From IMG/VR virus record IMGVR_UViG_3300009111_000005, positions 23,371-87,370 of that record: 64,000 nt of DNA; one strand, written 5' to 3'. The position numbers and the translations under genes were made by a program. Origin of the DNA: a virus (taxonomy: Duplodnaviria > Caudoviricetes). This document shows, in pieces, positions 54,196 to 63,944 of this stretch; the stretch's first letter is position 1, and the number at the start of each line of letters is the position of its first letter. A model generated the notes under the pieces. That model saw only the letters and a program-made list of their open reading frames with translations, had not been told where the DNA came from and made no database searches.

Positions 54196-54662
54196 CAGGC
54201 CACCGTCTTAGTCCATGCGATGGACGCCACCTTGCCAGTTGCTCTGGTGATCACGCCCGTCAACCTCATCTTCTCCACGCCGGACCCATCGTACTGGATG
54301 GCGTCGAGTTGCGATACCTTACCGCCGGACCGGGCGATCACACACTCGCGGATCTTCTTCAGCTTGTCGCTGGTCTCCCAGTTGATGACATTGGTGACTT
54401 TGCCGCCGCTCCGCACGATCTCCTGCCAGTTGGTTTCGTTCACCCAATGCGTGAGCGTGTCGAGAAGCTCGTGTTCAGCCTCGGTGATGCCCCCTCCACC
54501 GGAGCGCGGGTTGAAGACGCCGGTGGCGTCCTTCATCCGGAAGGCTCCACCGACCTGGCGAATGCCACCGACCTCGGTGGGGTCACCTAATGTGCTTTCC
54601 TTGAGGATGATCTCGTCATCCTCAATCATCGGGCCGGGATGTCTGTCGGGGGTAATCGGCAC
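54195..54662 (-). CDS. virion protein
   Basis: Repeated RSGGKV(T/S)xI motifs. Confidence 0.6.
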   Translation of the reverse strand: MPITPDRHPGPMIEDDEIILKESTLGDPTEVGGIRQVGGAFRMKDATGVFNPRSGGGGITEAEHELLDTLTHWVNETNWQEIVRSGGKVTNVINWETSDKLKKIRECVIARSGGKVSQLDAIQYDGSGVEKMRLTGVITRATGKVASIAWTKTVA

Positions 54663-54665
54663 GGT

Positions 54666-55259
54666 CTAGTCCTTCTTGCGTCCTCTCTTGGGCTTCCCGG
54701 CTTGCTCCTCTTGCTTTCTCTGCTGGGCGATGGATGCGCCAGGCCGCACGCCTGGAGGCCTGGGACCACTGTCAGCCATCTGAGGAGTGCCATCTTCCTC
54801 GAGTGTGATTCGCCCCTCCGCTATCGCCTTGACCAACTCCTCCTGCCTGGAGTCGATCTCTCGCACAATCTTCTGGATGAAGTCGTGGACTACCCTGTAC
54901 CCTTGCGCCTCTCCTAGTGCCTGCTGTTCGATGTTGGACAGGTGTCCCGCCAGGTTCTCCGTGGCAGCCACGGTCTTGCTCAGCCAGGACTTGATCAGCT
55001 TTGCAGTTTCCAGGTCTGGGATTGACTTCTCTACTTCATCGTCCACTGCTGCCATGATGCCGAGGAGGTTCTTGGCGTGCCCCTGCATAGCTTTCTTGGC
55101 ACCACCAAGCTCTGCCGCTTTCTTCTCGGCACTGTCTAACATCTCTTCGACTTTGATACCGAGAGATGTGGCAGTTCCTCGACGGATTTCGGCTTTCATG
55201 TTGGTGAAATTCGCGACAGTATTGTCCTTGTTGATGGGTTCTTTTTCCATCAAGTCCAT
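54666..55259 (-). CDS. helical hypothetical protein
   Basis: GGAG RBS; 197 aa. Confidence 0.65.
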   Translation of the reverse strand: MDLMEKEPINKDNTVANFTNMKAEIRRGTATSLGIKVEEMLDSAEKKAAELGGAKKAMQGHAKNLLGIMAAVDDEVEKSIPDLETAKLIKSWLSKTVAATENLAGHLSNIEQQALGEAQGYRVVHDFIQKIVREIDSRQEELVKAIAEGRITLEEDGTPQMADSGPRPPGVRPGASIAQQRKQEEQAGKPKRGRKKD

Positions 55260-55333
55260 GTGTCATGCTCCATGTAGGTGAGGTTGATGACGCAGGAAGA
55301 CCCGCAAGTCTTCCTGCGTCACCTTACCATGTA

Positions 55334-57295
55334 CTAGGGCGTGCGGTCGATCAGGCAGAGTTGGTCGCCGATGCGGAGGGTGAACTCGAACATGATCTGG
55401 CCATTGGACAGAGAGGTGCCAGGGTAGAAGTCGTGGTTCGCCCCAGCGTTCGCTCCCGGCCGGAGGTACTGGCCGTTGAGATAGAGGTCGTAGTCTTCGG
55501 TGAAAGTACCCGCCGACAGATCACCAAGGGCGGTATCGATGTTTCCGTCCCCGAGGGACACGTCGTTGCCGGTAGTCGTGGTCACGGTGCAGACCGCGAA
55601 CACGCGACGACGGTAGGCCGCACTCTTGGCCTGGACGATGGCGTTGAGGAGGGAGACCTCGCCGAACGCGGTGTCAAAGGCCGTCCATTCACCCGAGTTG
55701 TTGGCCAGTGCGAGACCATCGGCCAAACTCCAGGACGAGCCAGCACGATAGGAGTCGGTGAGGTTCAGCTCGAGGGCCGCCGCCAGGCTCAGGTCCGCGC
55801 CGCCGCCCGAGGCCACCTTGAGAACGCCACCGGCATCGATCTGGTTGGCGGTGACGCCGACGTTGATGGTCGTGCCCCCCGCACCCGTGTCCACCTTGAT
55901 GCCGTTCAGGAAGTCGTTGTCCACGGCGTCGACGTTGAACTTGTCGACGTCCGCAGCGACCTGCACCTCGCTGGTGCCCCCTGCCGAACCCTCCAGGACC
56001 TTGAGCAGGATGGCGTTGAGGTTGTCGCGGAGGTCCCACTCGAGCCCGGTTGCCAGGTCGAGGTAGGCGTTCGTCCCCAGCTCGACCGGGGTGACCCCCT
56101 GGTTGTTGTAGGCCACCTGACGCGTGACCGTGGTCCCGGCCGGGAACTCGACGACCACGCCCTTCAGGAAGTCCTGCTCGGTGAGATCTTCGAGACGAAC
56201 GCGCTCACGAGCCGAGTAGCTGAAGCCCTGCGTGACGGGCATCGACACTAGCTCCAGATCGTCGCCCGTGGTGTTGCGCACCACGAAGGAGACCTGCGCC
56301 CTGTTGGGCGTGGTCCCCGACATGGTGGACCCGTTGGTGTTGCTCTCCGTCTGGAACAGACCGAACACCTGCTTGCCACCGACCAGGATCGGATCGAGGT
56401 GCGTTTCGGCGTCGACGAGCGGCATCAAGTTCTTCGGAGACACCGCGTCGGAGCCCACGACCTCGGCCAGGTCACCAGCACCGAAGCTGGCGTTGTACGC
56501 AGCGACCGTTCCCAACGTGGTGACCGCGCCGATGGCTGCGGTGAGCTGCGAGGGAAGCTGGGCAGCCGTGAAGACGTGGAAGTCGGTGGTCGATCCGACC
56601 GCGGCCACCGTCACGACGTTCGTTGAGTCCGCTGCGCCGTGGACGCCGCCCGACGTGAGGACCCGGTGCGCCTCGTAGTCGGTGCGGATCTCGTTGACCA
56701 GCGTGATCAGGGTGGCGAGGTTGGTCGCGTTCGGCGAGGTTACCGCGTTGGTGGTGTCCGCCGCGCCGTGGATCGCCGGAGCCCCGGACACGTCCACGCG
56801 GTGCGCGTTGTACTGGGCCTTGAGGTCGTTCGCTCGCGCGATTGCCGTGGCGAGGTTGGTGGCGGTGGGCGCGGTGACCGCGTTCGTGCCATCGGCCGAG
56901 CCGTGCACGCTGCCGGCGGTCAGGACACGGTGTGCCTCGTACTTCGCCACCTCGTCGTTGACCAGCGTGATCGCCAGGTCGAGGCCCGGATAGATGTCGA
57001 TGAGCTTCCAGACATCGCGGAGCACGCGCTTCTTCTCGACGGCATGCAGCGCGGTGTTGAGATCATTCACAGCACGCTGTGTTCCTGTCTCCAGCGCTGA
57101 GGGAATGACGAGATCGTCGTACCAGTTCCCCGTCTGCTTGTTGAGCAAACGGTGATGGCCAGACCGAAGGACAGAAAGGTCGTCCTCAAGACTGACCGGA
57201 GTTGTCTGGAAGTTCGCCAGACTCGGAGAAATGTTGCTGATGTACTGTTCTGACTTCCTGACCTGCGTGTCTTGCCGGAAAATGCTGCGACCCAT
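55334..57295 (-). CDS. large virion structural protein with triple internal repeat
   Basis: Y(E/N)AHRV...HG(A/S)ADxTNxVT repeated three times. Confidence 0.7.
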   Translation of the reverse strand: MGRSIFRQDTQVRKSEQYISNISPSLANFQTTPVSLEDDLSVLRSGHHRLLNKQTGNWYDDLVIPSALETGTQRAVNDLNTALHAVEKKRVLRDVWKLIDIYPGLDLAITLVNDEVAKYEAHRVLTAGSVHGSADGTNAVTAPTATNLATAIARANDLKAQYNAHRVDVSGAPAIHGAADTTNAVTSPNATNLATLITLVNEIRTDYEAHRVLTSGGVHGAADSTNVVTVAAVGSTTDFHVFTAAQLPSQLTAAIGAVTTLGTVAAYNASFGAGDLAEVVGSDAVSPKNLMPLVDAETHLDPILVGGKQVFGLFQTESNTNGSTMSGTTPNRAQVSFVVRNTTGDDLELVSMPVTQGFSYSARERVRLEDLTEQDFLKGVVVEFPAGTTVTRQVAYNNQGVTPVELGTNAYLDLATGLEWDLRDNLNAILLKVLEGSAGGTSEVQVAADVDKFNVDAVDNDFLNGIKVDTGAGGTTINVGVTANQIDAGGVLKVASGGGADLSLAAALELNLTDSYRAGSSWSLADGLALANNSGEWTAFDTAFGEVSLLNAIVQAKSAAYRRRVFAVCTVTTTTGNDVSLGDGNIDTALGDLSAGTFTEDYDLYLNGQYLRPGANAGANHDFYPGTSLSNGQIMFEFTLRIGDQLCLIDRTP

Positions 57296-57307
57296 GGATG
57301 TACCTCC

Positions 57308-57616
57308 TTATGGGACGATGTAATCTGCCAGTAGCACGTCGGTGTTCCGTGGTGCTATTGCCATAATTATAGTGTCAAACCCTGTTCCAACACCACCACT
57401 CTCGGCGACAGTGTAGTCGTTCGTGCTTCCGAGACGTAAGCGCTGGCCGTTCCAGTACACTTGAATGACGACTGTGCCTTGTTGCATGAAAATTTCAGGT
57501 GTCTGAAATGTAGTGTTGGTGCCATCTTTTAGTCCCAGGAGGTCGATCCCCCATCGGAATCGCCGCAGTAAGATCTGCGCGGCTTCTGCGCCAGTGATAG
57601 TTGCTTGAAGACGCAT
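57308..57616 (-). CDS. small Ig-like virion protein
   Basis: DGTNTTF..VYWNGQRL..DYTV. Confidence 0.6.
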   Translation of the reverse strand: MRLQATITGAEAAQILLRRFRWGIDLLGLKDGTNTTFQTPEIFMQQGTVVIQVYWNGQRLRLGSTNDYTVAESGGVGTGFDTIIMAIAPRNTDVLLADYIVP

Positions 57617-57628
57617 GCCATGCCTATC

Positions 57629-57877
57629 CTACTTCAGTATAGGCTCTTCTTTCAGCAGTTCTTTCAGTACTTGTGTGTAGTTTCTCTTGTTTGCGTCATA
57701 CGCCGCGAAGGGCGAGTTGATGTACTCCAATCTGGCGGCACGCCCATCATCCCCACTGATGGGGAAGCAAATCACAAGCTGCCGACCGCGCAAGTAGTGC
57801 TTGTTTGAGTTTACCCCTTTGACGGTCTTGATGAACGTCGCCAGGTTCAGGTCTGTTGTTTCGAATGCTGTTGGCAT
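57629..57877 (-). CDS. DUF5659-like small protein
   Basis: FETTDLNLATFI start. Confidence 0.5.
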   Translation of the reverse strand: MPTAFETTDLNLATFIKTVKGVNSNKHYLRGRQLVICFPISGDDGRAARLEYINSPFAAYDANKRNYTQVLKELLKEEPILK

Positions 57878-57973
57878 ATTGCTTTACCGCGTAAAATGTC
57901 ATGTTGCACTGATATGAAAAAGGCGCGTGGGCTTATCGCCGCACGCGCCTTGTCCACAAGCATTGGTGCGCGT

Positions 57974-58393
57974 CTATCGGTTGCGCCCACGCTTCTTGGT
58001 GTCGTCGGGCCTCTTCTCGCTCTCGTTGACCTTGACCGGCGTCTCCTGTGCAACCACGGTGTCCTTCAAGGAGACCGACACAGGAGACGGCGTGGGAGGA
58101 ACCGGGGGCGAAGGAGATGCGGGAGTCGGCGCAGGTGCGGGTGCCGGCGTGGGCTTGGGAACGACTGCTGCCGGCGGTGGGGCCGCCACAGGTTCAGGAG
58201 CAGGAGTGCCCAGCGGGGTCGCGACCAGTCCAGCACGGAGGTAATTCTGGACGTGTGGATGACCATACGTCTGTTCATCCACCACGGCTGCTGCCCCTTT
58301 GGTTGGGAAGATGATGGGGACACCACGGTCATCGAGAACCTGAGATAGGTCCAGCGAGCCATCACCTTGCCAGGTCAGGCAGTACTTTCGCAT
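57974..58393 (-). CDS. hypothetical protein with a Pro/Ala linker and basic tail
   Basis: GAGG RBS; directly downstream of the capsid gene. Confidence 0.7.
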   Translation of the reverse strand: MRKYCLTWQGDGSLDLSQVLDDRGVPIIFPTKGAAAVVDEQTYGHPHVQNYLRAGLVATPLGTPAPEPVAAPPPAAVVPKPTPAPAPAPTPASPSPPVPPTPSPVSVSLKDTVVAQETPVKVNESEKRPDDTKKRGRNR

Positions 58394-58461
58394 GGGCGTT
58401 TCCTCATGCTCGGTTGCCCGAGCGAGTCACACAACTACCCCACCGCCGGCCACATCATCGA

Positions 58462-59379
58462 CTAGGTCGGGAACTGGATCACCTGGAAGGCGAGCGTGTT
58501 CCCGATGCCGATGCCCGGAGCCGCGTAGCTCCAGAACTCGATGATGTCCGCTTCCTGCTTGATGTACAGCGTGGCGTCCTGGAGCAGGAAGAAGTTGCCG
58601 AGGAAGTTCTCGGGCGCGAAGACGTAGGCCTTCTTCGGGTTGAGGATGTCGCTCTTGATGGTGGACACCACCGGGATGCCCCAGAGCTTCTCCTCTTCCT
58701 CGATGCCCTCGTCGTAGTGCCGGCTGGCCACGTCGTCGCCGACGGAGGTCGCGGGCAGGTCGAGAGCTTCGTAGTACAGCTCCTTCGTCATCAGCACCTT
58801 GCCGATGGGCTGACGCCGACGGACCATCGCTTGGAACGCCTTGCGGAAGGCGGCCGAGTTGAAGCCGGTGGCCCCGGTGATCTGCACGGCGGCGTTGAGG
58901 GCAGCGAGGTCATCGATGGTCGTGATGCCCTTCTTGTCCTCTTGATCCGCCATGTCCTTGACCGAGTTGTCGGACAGGATCTTGCGGATGTCGTTCTGGT
59001 ACGTCATCAGCTCCCACTTGTTCTTGGTGAAGCGCTGGGATTCGGTCTTCCCGAACTTCACCGCGTAGCGGGGGCCGCGGAACCAGGTGCGGGGACCGGT
59101 GCCCTGGAAGGTCACGAAGGTGGCCACGCTGTCGGGCTCCTTCTCGACGATCTTCTTGGGCTGGTCCGTGTTCTCGTCACGGTCGATCTCGTCGTCCGCG
59201 AGGAGAATGGGGTTGATCAGCTCCCGGAAGAAGGATTCCTGGCGCACCTTCATGCGGATGAACGCCGAACCTTCGTCCTGGGCCTCCTTGACTCGGCCCT
59301 CCTCGAGCTTCCGGATGAAGTTCGAGTTGATGAGGCGGGCCGAGACTTCCTTGGTCTCGGTCTGGTAAAGCGATGCCAT
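58462..59379 (-). CDS. major capsid protein (HK97-like fold)
   Basis: About 305 aa, very strong codon bias, GGAGG RBS, position downstream of the protease, scaffold and decoration genes. Confidence 0.8.
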   Translation of the reverse strand: MASLYQTETKEVSARLINSNFIRKLEEGRVKEAQDEGSAFIRMKVRQESFFRELINPILLADDEIDRDENTDQPKKIVEKEPDSVATFVTFQGTGPRTWFRGPRYAVKFGKTESQRFTKNKWELMTYQNDIRKILSDNSVKDMADQEDKKGITTIDDLAALNAAVQITGATGFNSAAFRKAFQAMVRRRQPIGKVLMTKELYYEALDLPATSVGDDVASRHYDEGIEEEEKLWGIPVVSTIKSDILNPKKAYVFAPENFLGNFFLLQDATLYIKQEADIIEFWSYAAPGIGIGNTLAFQVIQFPT

Positions 59380-59447
59380 CGGTTCCTCCACTGCTGGCCG
59401 GATGGTTCCGGCGTTCGGTTAAGGTTCTACGGGTCGCCCCAACGTTG

Positions 59448-59903
59448 TCAGGCCGCGACTACGACCTTGCCTTCGGTCGCGGTCTTGTCTTCGCGAACGT
59501 ACCCGATGATCTGCTCGTTCACCGCTTTGGCCTTGATGACGCCAGCGTTGAACGACACCGGGACACCCGGGGTGTATGTGCCCGCCGTGTACGTCTTGGT
59601 CGACCAGATGAAGCCGGTGCCGAGGCGCACGCACATGCACATCCCGGTGTACTGTCCCGAGAAGTCATCGTTGCCTTCGACCACGAGCCAGACCTGGATG
59701 GGGTCGGCGATCGACACGTTCGGTGTCGTGGCCTTCGACATGACGGCCTGGTTGTTCTGAAGTTCCTGCGTCACGATCGCGCCCGCCGGCAGAGACTCGT
59801 AGACCCCCGGGGTCGTCTGCTTGATCGGGAACGGTTCGGCGAGGGCACTCCCGTTGGGGTAGCCACGCAGGATGTCAAACGTCGGGTTGTTCAGAAGCGA
59901 CAT
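59448..59903 (-). CDS. capsid decoration/cement protein
   Basis: 151 aa; immediately upstream of the capsid gene; strong codon bias. Confidence 0.6.
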   Translation of the reverse strand: MSLLNNPTFDILRGYPNGSALAEPFPIKQTTPGVYESLPAGAIVTQELQNNQAVMSKATTPNVSIADPIQVWLVVEGNDDFSGQYTGMCMCVRLGTGFIWSTKTYTAGTYTPGVPVSFNAGVIKAKAVNEQIIGYVREDKTATEGKVVVAA

Positions 59904-59936
59904 GTGCAGTTCTCCTGTTTGAGGGGGCGACCCTCG

Positions 59937-60314
59937 TTACGACATGACCCAGTTCATGAACTGCGCGTCGGCGTTTTCTGCGGCTTCTTTCGCCTGCGCA
60001 GTCTTTGTTCTGATGACGGTGGCGCGGTCGTTGATGTCGCCCGGCTCACCCATCTCATCGGGAGGCTGTGCTCCTTGACGCTCAGCCAGCTTGACGACGG
60101 TGTCGACGATGTCCTGATCAGAGGCCGCGAGCTTCTCCAGCAGGTCATCGGGCAGTGCTTCGCCTGTGGATGCAGCGATCTTCTCGCTCAGACGGTTGGC
60201 CACCTTGCGACGTTCGGCCCGCTGTGCTTCTTTGCGTGCCGCTTCTTCTTCGTCGAGGTGCACGGCGACCTTCTCGAGCAGGTCAGCCACTTGGTTGAGG
60301 AACTTGTCCGACAT
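59937..60314 (-). CDS. scaffold-like helical protein
   Basis: EKVA, EKLA and KTA motifs; coiled coil. Confidence 0.55.
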   Translation of the reverse strand: MSDKFLNQVADLLEKVAVHLDEEEAARKEAQRAERRKVANRLSEKIAASTGEALPDDLLEKLAASDQDIVDTVVKLAERQGAQPPDEMGEPGDINDRATVIRTKTAQAKEAAENADAQFMNWVMS

Positions 60315-60316
60315 CG

Positions 60317-60457
60317 TTATCTCCCGAGCTTTCGCTTCAGCAGATTCAAACCGATCGTACCGCGGATGATCTGCGCGCACTTGATGAGCTTGCGCTTCTC
60401 GTATTCCGCAGCCTGCTGGCGAATGACCTCGGCCAGCTTACGCAGTTCGTTTTGCAT
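60317..60457 (-). CDS. small helical head-assembly protein (46 aa)
   Basis: MQNELRKLAEVIRQQAAEYEKRKLIKCA...; fills the intergenic gap; below the ORF-track cut-off. Confidence 0.6.
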   Translation of the reverse strand: MQNELRKLAEVIRQQAAEYEKRKLIKCAQIIRGTIGLNLLKRKLGR

Positions 60458-60695
60458 TGGCCGTCGTCACGAAGTTGTGGAGGTCGTCATAGGTGACCTC
60501 GGGATCCTCGATGTTGATCGTACGGCACGCATCCGCAAGCTTGATCAGGTCTCGCGCTTCTTCCGAGGTGAGCTGCGCGTTCTTCACGCCGTGAAGCAGT
60601 TGCACCTCGGCCGTCTTGATGCGCTGTTCTGCTTCAACTTCACGCAGAATTTGCGCAGCGGCTTCGCTGACCGAAGGCATCTTGACGCGAGCCAT
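60438..60695 (-). CDS. small helical head protein
   Basis: RIKTA motif; TGATG coupling. Confidence 0.65.
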   Translation of the reverse strand: MARVKMPSVSEAAAQILREVEAEQRIKTAEVQLLHGVKNAQLTSEEARDLIKLADACRTINIEDPEVTYDDLHNFVTTANAKRTA

Positions 60696-61282
60696 CAGTA
60701 TCCTCCCGGGATGCCCGAGAAGTCAGGCACGTTTTGCAGCTCGGGGTAGAGACCTGTCTGGCCCACACCACGGGCGATGTTTCCGAGACCGCGAATGACC
60801 TGCGGCGCGGCTAGACCAGCGGCTGCGCCCGCGCCGAACGCGATGTTGCGTGTGCGGTTCTTGTTGGCTTCGCCTTGTTGTTGGCCCACACCGTACGCAA
60901 GAGGCGCACCTGCGAGTCCAGCAAGACCGATACCACCACCAATCATCGCTCTGCGACGAAGACCCGTGACACCTCTTGGCGTAGCGTTTACGGTACGCAA
61001 AGCTTCTTCTGCTCGAGCAGCCTGTCCTTGAGCAAGACGCAGGTCTGCTTCGGTCAGTGCTTGGCCGTGCCGCATTTCTTCTAGTGCTTTTTCGGCACGC
61101 GCAGTCTGTTCGCTGGCTTGCGTGAAGCCCCGCTCCGCCGCAGCTACACGACGTGGATTCGAGAAGAATCGACGCATGAAGCGAGCGCCCAGGCTTTCAC
61201 CCGCCGCTTCTTTGGTGAGCGCCGTGTGGGCGTCAGCAAAGAGTTGGCCGTAGAGCGCCAGGATGTCGGAGCGGTACCGCAC
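60695..61282 (-). CDS. Gly-zipper head-associated protein
   Basis: ALTKEAA motif followed by two hydrophobic Gly-rich helices. Confidence 0.65.
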   Translation of the reverse strand: MRYRSDILALYGQLFADAHTALTKEAAGESLGARFMRRFFSNPRRVAAAERGFTQASEQTARAEKALEEMRHGQALTEADLRLAQGQAARAEEALRTVNATPRGVTGLRRRAMIGGGIGLAGLAGAPLAYGVGQQQGEANKNRTRNIAFGAGAAAGLAAPQVIRGLGNIARGVGQTGLYPELQNVPDFSGIPGGY

Positions 61283-61292
61283 GAAGCAGCTC

Positions 61293-61943
61293 CTACGCGT
61301 TCATCGCCCGGATGACGTTGTTGATGGTCACGGCGCCGGCCTTGTAGCACTCGGACGCGATCTTGTGGGTCTCGTTCATCGCGTCCTGGTACCCACGGCC
61401 GAACTCGTCGTTTGCTTGCTTGACGAGCGCGTCCCAGGTCTGCCGGTAACCGAGGTCCACCGCCTCTTTCACGAGGTCGGGGTTCTCGGAGGCGAACTTC
61501 TGGAACGCGGGGTCGTTCACCGCGGCGGTCTTGATGGCGTGCAGCGCGGGGTCGATCAGCGTGGGCTGTCCCTGAGCCGCCGCGACTGCGGCAGTCTTCA
61601 CCGCCGGGGCCACCTGCTCGGCTGCTGCTTCGTATTGCGCCATGCGTGCCATGAAGCCATCGCACATCGCGGCGCCATACAGGGAAGCTTGCTTGCTGAG
61701 CGCATCTTCCTCTGCTGCCGTCAGGTCCTCGGCCAGCTTCAGAAGCCCCTCGGCGGGGTTTGGACCCGCGACGGAAGCTGTCTTCGTGGTGGTCGGCGCT
61801 GCGGCCAGCGTCTCGCGCAACGCCGTGCGCAGAGACTCGGTGCTGGTCGTCGGCGTCTTCGGCTCTGTCGAAGCCGTCTTGATGCCACCCTGTTCAGCAG
61901 CCCGGCTCTCGTTCAGACGTTGCATGATCTTTCCGATTTCCAT
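61293..61943 (-). CDS. scaffold/core protein with repeated KTA sites
   Basis: IKTAS, TKTAS, SKQAS, VKTAA and IKTAA. Confidence 0.6.
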   Translation of the reverse strand: MEIGKIMQRLNESRAAEQGGIKTASTEPKTPTTSTESLRTALRETLAAAPTTTKTASVAGPNPAEGLLKLAEDLTAAEEDALSKQASLYGAAMCDGFMARMAQYEAAAEQVAPAVKTAAVAAAQGQPTLIDPALHAIKTAAVNDPAFQKFASENPDLVKEAVDLGYRQTWDALVKQANDEFGRGYQDAMNETHKIASECYKAGAVTINNVIRAMNA

Positions 61944-62015
61944 GTTGACCTCTTCGCGGTTCCAGGCAATTTCCATCCAATAATAGGGTGGATGTCCTGG
62001 GAACACAAGTGAGTT

Positions 62016-63944
62016 TCAGGTGATGTCCCACGCCAAGGTTCCTACAACCTCGGCCAGTTTTTCCAGGTCCAGACGCTCCTCGGTGATGCCGTTTGACGCT
62101 ACCTTGTCTTCGGCATCCACCAGACGTGCCAGTGTCAAGTCAGGGTGGTAGAGGCCAAAGCTCGAAAGCTTCTTCATGAAGTAATGAATCGGGTTGTGTT
62201 CACGTACGTGTCGTGCGACTCGACGGAGGGTAGATGATCCGTTCTTGGTGATACCGTAGTCCAACCCGAGCGTGTTCACCGTGTTCAAGAGATGGCTCTG
62301 CTTCTCCTGGAATTCGGTCAGATAGGGCACCTTCTCACCACTGGTCGTGGTGTATTCGGCGTCAGGCTGGAACGCACCGTGGCCGAAGACGAGCCCGCTG
62401 GCCGCGACAGGAAGTCCGAGTAACCGCGCGTTGCCAGGTAGGGCAGTCATCATCTTGTACCCACCACCCAGAAGCGCAGCACTACCGACGAGCCGGCGAA
62501 GCTTTGCCTTTGCAAGTTCATCTTCAGCTGCTTCAGCCGCGCCGTGTGTGGTCTGATAGGTACGTCCCGAATCAGGGTCTTGCACCTCGAGTACATTCGA
62601 TTTGGGTGTGTCTTCTTGTTTGTAGTAATCCGGTGTCAAACGTCGACGGAGATAGTTCGAGATCGTGGACCGCTTCTCGAGCATGGGTGCGATGGTTTTT
62701 TGGATCAGTTCCTGTTGTTGCGGTTCTTCGACGGTCAGTGTTCCCATGAGGTCATTCAGCAACGAGGGTTGTTTGCTGAACATGTCGAAGAATTCACCCT
62801 GGAGCGCAGTCAGGTTGTCGAGTACCGCAGGCGGTACTTGAGCACCGGGCATCGCTTTTTCGATGAAGAGCTTGATGAACTCAGGCGTGGTTAGAATGAT
62901 GCCTGCCCGGGAAAGCGCGGCAAGGGTATCAGGCAAAGGATGTGCAGACAGCGCACGCAGGTCTTCGTTTCCTAGTTGAGGTGTTGCATTGACCACGCTG
63001 GGCAACGACGACTGGCAGTACTGTTGAATGAGTCCAGCTTCGGGAAGTTCAGACTGAACTACCGCAGCGGGGTATCCGCGTACCACTTTGTCGATGACCG
63101 CGAGCTTTTTGACTGCTGCGGCTTTTGCGTTGAGGTCATCCACAAGGTCTCCCATTGCGCTCGAATCAAAACCTTGTAGCTCGTATGCCGTAGCGACTTT
63201 TTTGAGCATGAAGCCCGTGCGGTCTGCCGGGCGAAACACCCACGAGCTATCGAAGAACTTGGGCGCAGGGTTGAGTGCGCCATAGCGCATCCCTGTGGGT
63301 GTCAGTTGACCCATCGTCCATTTGAGATGGTCACAGTAGTGCTTGCGGGTAGGTGCTTGATGGCCACATTCGGTGCAGACGTCGAACTTGATACGGCAGC
63401 CCATGCTCTTAGCCGGGAACTGTCCATCTCCGATCTGTTCGACGAGATCAGGTGCTTTGTCGTTCTCGATGTCTTCGAGCACCTCGATACGGTGCATGAA
63501 AGGATTCCAGAACGCTTTGAGGATACGTCCGATGCGCTTTGCGGGGTCTTTGTTGACGTGGTGTCGAAAGACGTTGCCCTGTTCGTAGCTTTGATGATGG
63601 TACTGAACACATTCGTCAGGCAGGATCCAGGCGTCCCGTTTGTTACCACAGCAACCGCATTTCGGTTTGATGCCTACCTTGTAAGGTTGCTCGGGGAAGC
63701 CGTCGCCATTGCGGTTCAGACCATACCACTCGAAGCTACCGAGACCGATGACGAGGACGATGGTGCGACCGGGAACAGGTTGTACGCTTTGGATGTAGTC
63801 GAGCGCGGGACTTGAACTCGCTTCTTTCGAGAGCGGTTCGTAGCACGCTTTACCGCGTACACTCCAGAGAAGAACCGGTTGAACGGTGGGTTCTCCCGTG
63901 GGGAAACGCTCATCGAGCAGGATGATTTTTTGACGATCCATCAT
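62016..63944 (-). CDS. prohead maturation protease with a long C-terminal extension
   Basis: NRNGDGF, FRHHVNKD (His), KSMGC (Ser), CTECG..CDH and FFDSS..RPAD motifs; upstream of scaffold and capsid genes. Confidence 0.7.
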   Translation of the reverse strand: MMDRQKIILLDERFPTGEPTVQPVLLWSVRGKACYEPLSKEASSSPALDYIQSVQPVPGRTIVLVIGLGSFEWYGLNRNGDGFPEQPYKVGIKPKCGCCGNKRDAWILPDECVQYHHQSYEQGNVFRHHVNKDPAKRIGRILKAFWNPFMHRIEVLEDIENDKAPDLVEQIGDGQFPAKSMGCRIKFDVCTECGHQAPTRKHYCDHLKWTMGQLTPTGMRYGALNPAPKFFDSSWVFRPADRTGFMLKKVATAYELQGFDSSAMGDLVDDLNAKAAAVKKLAVIDKVVRGYPAAVVQSELPEAGLIQQYCQSSLPSVVNATPQLGNEDLRALSAHPLPDTLAALSRAGIILTTPEFIKLFIEKAMPGAQVPPAVLDNLTALQGEFFDMFSKQPSLLNDLMGTLTVEEPQQQELIQKTIAPMLEKRSTISNYLRRRLTPDYYKQEDTPKSNVLEVQDPDSGRTYQTTHGAAEAAEDELAKAKLRRLVGSAALLGGGYKMMTALPGNARLLGLPVAASGLVFGHGAFQPDAEYTTTSGEKVPYLTEFQEKQSHLLNTVNTLGLDYGITKNGSSTLRRVARHVREHNPIHYFMKKLSSFGLYHPDLTLARLVDAEDKVASNGITEERLDLEKLAEVVGTLAWDIT

